A DNA stretch of 62,966 nt, filler included, from Octopus bimaculoides (Eukaryota), in assembly GCF_001194135.2 (NCBI RefSeq). It is 5 parts of 5 records of this genome, joined end to end, with 100 filler letters (N's around TTAATTAATTAA, not from the genome) between each part and the next. Parts side by side here need not be neighbours in the genome. Positions count along the whole stretch, not along the records: positions 60,614 to 62,966 come from NW_026326082.1; 4 more parts are not named here. One strand, 5' to 3'. The notes beneath the pieces were generated by a model that saw only the letters and a program-made list of their open reading frames with translations, had not been told where the DNA came from and did not search any database. Position numbers and translations under genes: made by a program. Below are positions 60,950 through 62,966 of this stretch, piece after piece. Positions within the stretch are counted from its first letter, which is position 1. Every line of letters begins with the position of its first letter.

Positions 60950-61549
60950 CGGGGCTGTCATTAAGCCCCTGTAACCCCTGCAGTCGCAGGGGGCCCTCCA
61001 CAGTTGAGGGGCCCCATGTTAAGATCAAAGTACGTAGATGAGTCATCTGTTTACTTTGGTTAAGATGTTGAACAAGAATTAAACTATGTTAACTGAAAAT
61101 TTCAAGAAATAAAATGGTAATATATTGTACCTGCAAAAGTTCTTGTGAAGATATTACATTGTACCATGAATGTGTACCAGACTTTGTGGATTGTCTATAA
61201 TATCTATGATATCTTAGCTCTCAGTTTGATTATTCTGAACTAATCAATGATTTCACAAAGTGAAAAGAACGCTGTGTTTGTCTTTGAAAGTTGCCTGGAT
61301 TATAAAACTGCTCTTTTATTTATATCTGGAAGTTTTATTTACTGAAATTTGTAATAGAGACCTAAATAAATTTAAATGTTGTACTTTTAAAGATGTTCTG
61401 TAGGATAATGTGAAACACTGAACTTCAGATAGAATAAAGTAAAATATAGCTATGAATAAAAGGTGCGTAGATTATGAATTTTGATTGAAGGGATTGGGGC
61501 CTCGAAACAAAAGGTTGCAGGGGCCTCTAAAAGTCATATGACATAGCAG
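60950..61549. mobile_element. Probable non-autonomous hAT-like element
   Basis: 8-bp flanking direct repeat GCAAGAAC (60942-60949) / GTAAGAAC (61550-61557), 7 of 8 matching. GC-rich subterminal GGGGCCC motifs at both ends; TIRs decayed. Confidence 0.5.
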
Positions 61550-61586
61550 GTAAGAACGTATAGATAAATAGCTATATACATACATT

Positions 61587-62224
61587 GGTACTTTTTGGGT
61601 ATCTCACCCCCATTAAAAAATTGGGTTATCTCCCGAAGTTTTATGAAAAATATCAGTACTTTTGGTTATCTCCCTCATTTAAAAAAATTGTTTAACCCTC
61701 AAAAAACAAAAACAAAAAAAGTGAAACAATGAAACATTGTATTGAATCTGATAATGTTTTTTTATAACATAATAGCATGCCAGGCGAAATGCTTAGCAGT
61801 ATTTCGTCTGTCTTTACATTCTGAGTTCAAATTCTGCCAAGGTCAACTTTGCTTTGCATCCTTTCAGGGTCGATAAATTAGATACCAGTTGCGTACTGGT
61901 GTCAATCTAATCAACTGGCCCCCTCCCCCAAAATTTCAGGCCTTGTGCCTAGAGTAGAAAAGAATATTTTTATAACAAATCGTACACAACTGAAAAGATT
62001 AATAAACATGAAAACTGAAAACGTTAAACATCTTATTGAATCTAATACCATTTTTATAACAAATCATCCCCTGCCTATTGAGGAGTCAACAATGTGTTGA
62101 AGTATTGAATCAAAAGGATCTCAACCCTTTTAATCTAATCTCTTATCACATAAACTAAATGTTTTAGTGGGGAGAGTTCTTTAATGGCAATTTTTTTATG
62201 GGGATGAGATAACCAAAGGATACC
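61587..62224. mobile_element. MITE with about 36-bp TIRs, containing a nested family A SINE
   Basis: GGTACTTTTTGGGTATCTCACCCCCATTAAAAAATTG versus CAATTTTTTTATGGGGATGAGATAACCAAAGGATACC. The nested SINE (61770-61966) is flanked by an 11-bp TSD TTTTTATAACA. Confidence 0.7.
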
Positions 62225-62920
62225 CATACATATATATACATAATAAGCCTTCTGTTAAGAACACATAACTCCTCCATATGACATTTTGTTAGACTCAGTC
62301 AAAATTCTCTGATATTTATGTAAGTCAAAAGTTATAGTGTAACATCTACGAATATGTACACACTCACACACACACACACACACACATGTACATAAATAAG
62401 CATTTATATCCAACCATATCTAAGCGCAAACACTCACATACACACAAATATGCATTAACATACATTCACATCTACACACACACACAAACATAAACATTCA
62501 TATCCTCCCACTTCCGTCGCCATTCACACACACACACATATGCACACACAAACACACACAAACACACACACACACTTATGCACTTCTACATTCATACACT
62601 GACTTAGTATGTGTGTAAATACGGATGAGTATTATTATTGTTATTATCATCATTATGTGTGTGTGTGTGTGTCTGCATGTGTGTCTCTCCGTCTGTGTGT
62701 ATGTGTTTCTCTGTGTGCGTGTGTGTGTGCGAGAGAGAGAGATAACAAGCAGCACCACTATCCACTTCAGTCATTATGACAGTGAAACGTTGAGGCGTGA
62801 ACATCTTGTGTTCCATGGAAGCAGGATTTACATCAGAAAAGGAAACATACATTTGTATGTCTAAGTACAAACAAAGTAAATATGAATATGTCTATCAACT
62901 TATTTTTTCAATTTAACTAA

Positions 62921-62966
<46 letters not shown>

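Overview
This is repeat-dense, AT-rich animal DNA full of microsatellites. It is most likely an octopod cephalopod; that is inferred from the SINE families and microsatellite load, not proven. The only host gene I can identify is porcupine (PORCN, the Wnt O-palmitoleoyl transferase). Four consecutive GT-AG exons at 4314-11025 (+) splice in frame and include the catalytic His and the C-x5-C-x3-C-x-H zinc site. Its 5' exons lie upstream of the window, and its last exons were not found. Four artificial 100-bp spacers (N44-TTAATTAATTAA-N44) split the window into five separately assembled pieces, so adjacency across them is not evidence of linkage. The rest is transposon debris: several SINE families, RTE/BovB, CR1-like, RLE-type and Penelope-like retroelement relics, mariner and Tc1/maT relics, and several MITEs. 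The most interesting signals are: (1) minimal type I hammerhead ribozyme motifs, one with an intact core in a SINE-like element and two or three decayed, alongside Penelope RT and GIY-YIG fragments; (2) a young 253-bp hairpin MITE wrapping a (TTAGGG)n telomeric array inside a PORCN intron; (3) a palindrome-ended non-autonomous element, one copy of which is internally inverted; (4) a 6x tandem amplification of the mariner catalytic motif. I found no intact novel protein-coding system, no CRISPR array and no real tRNA or rRNA gene.
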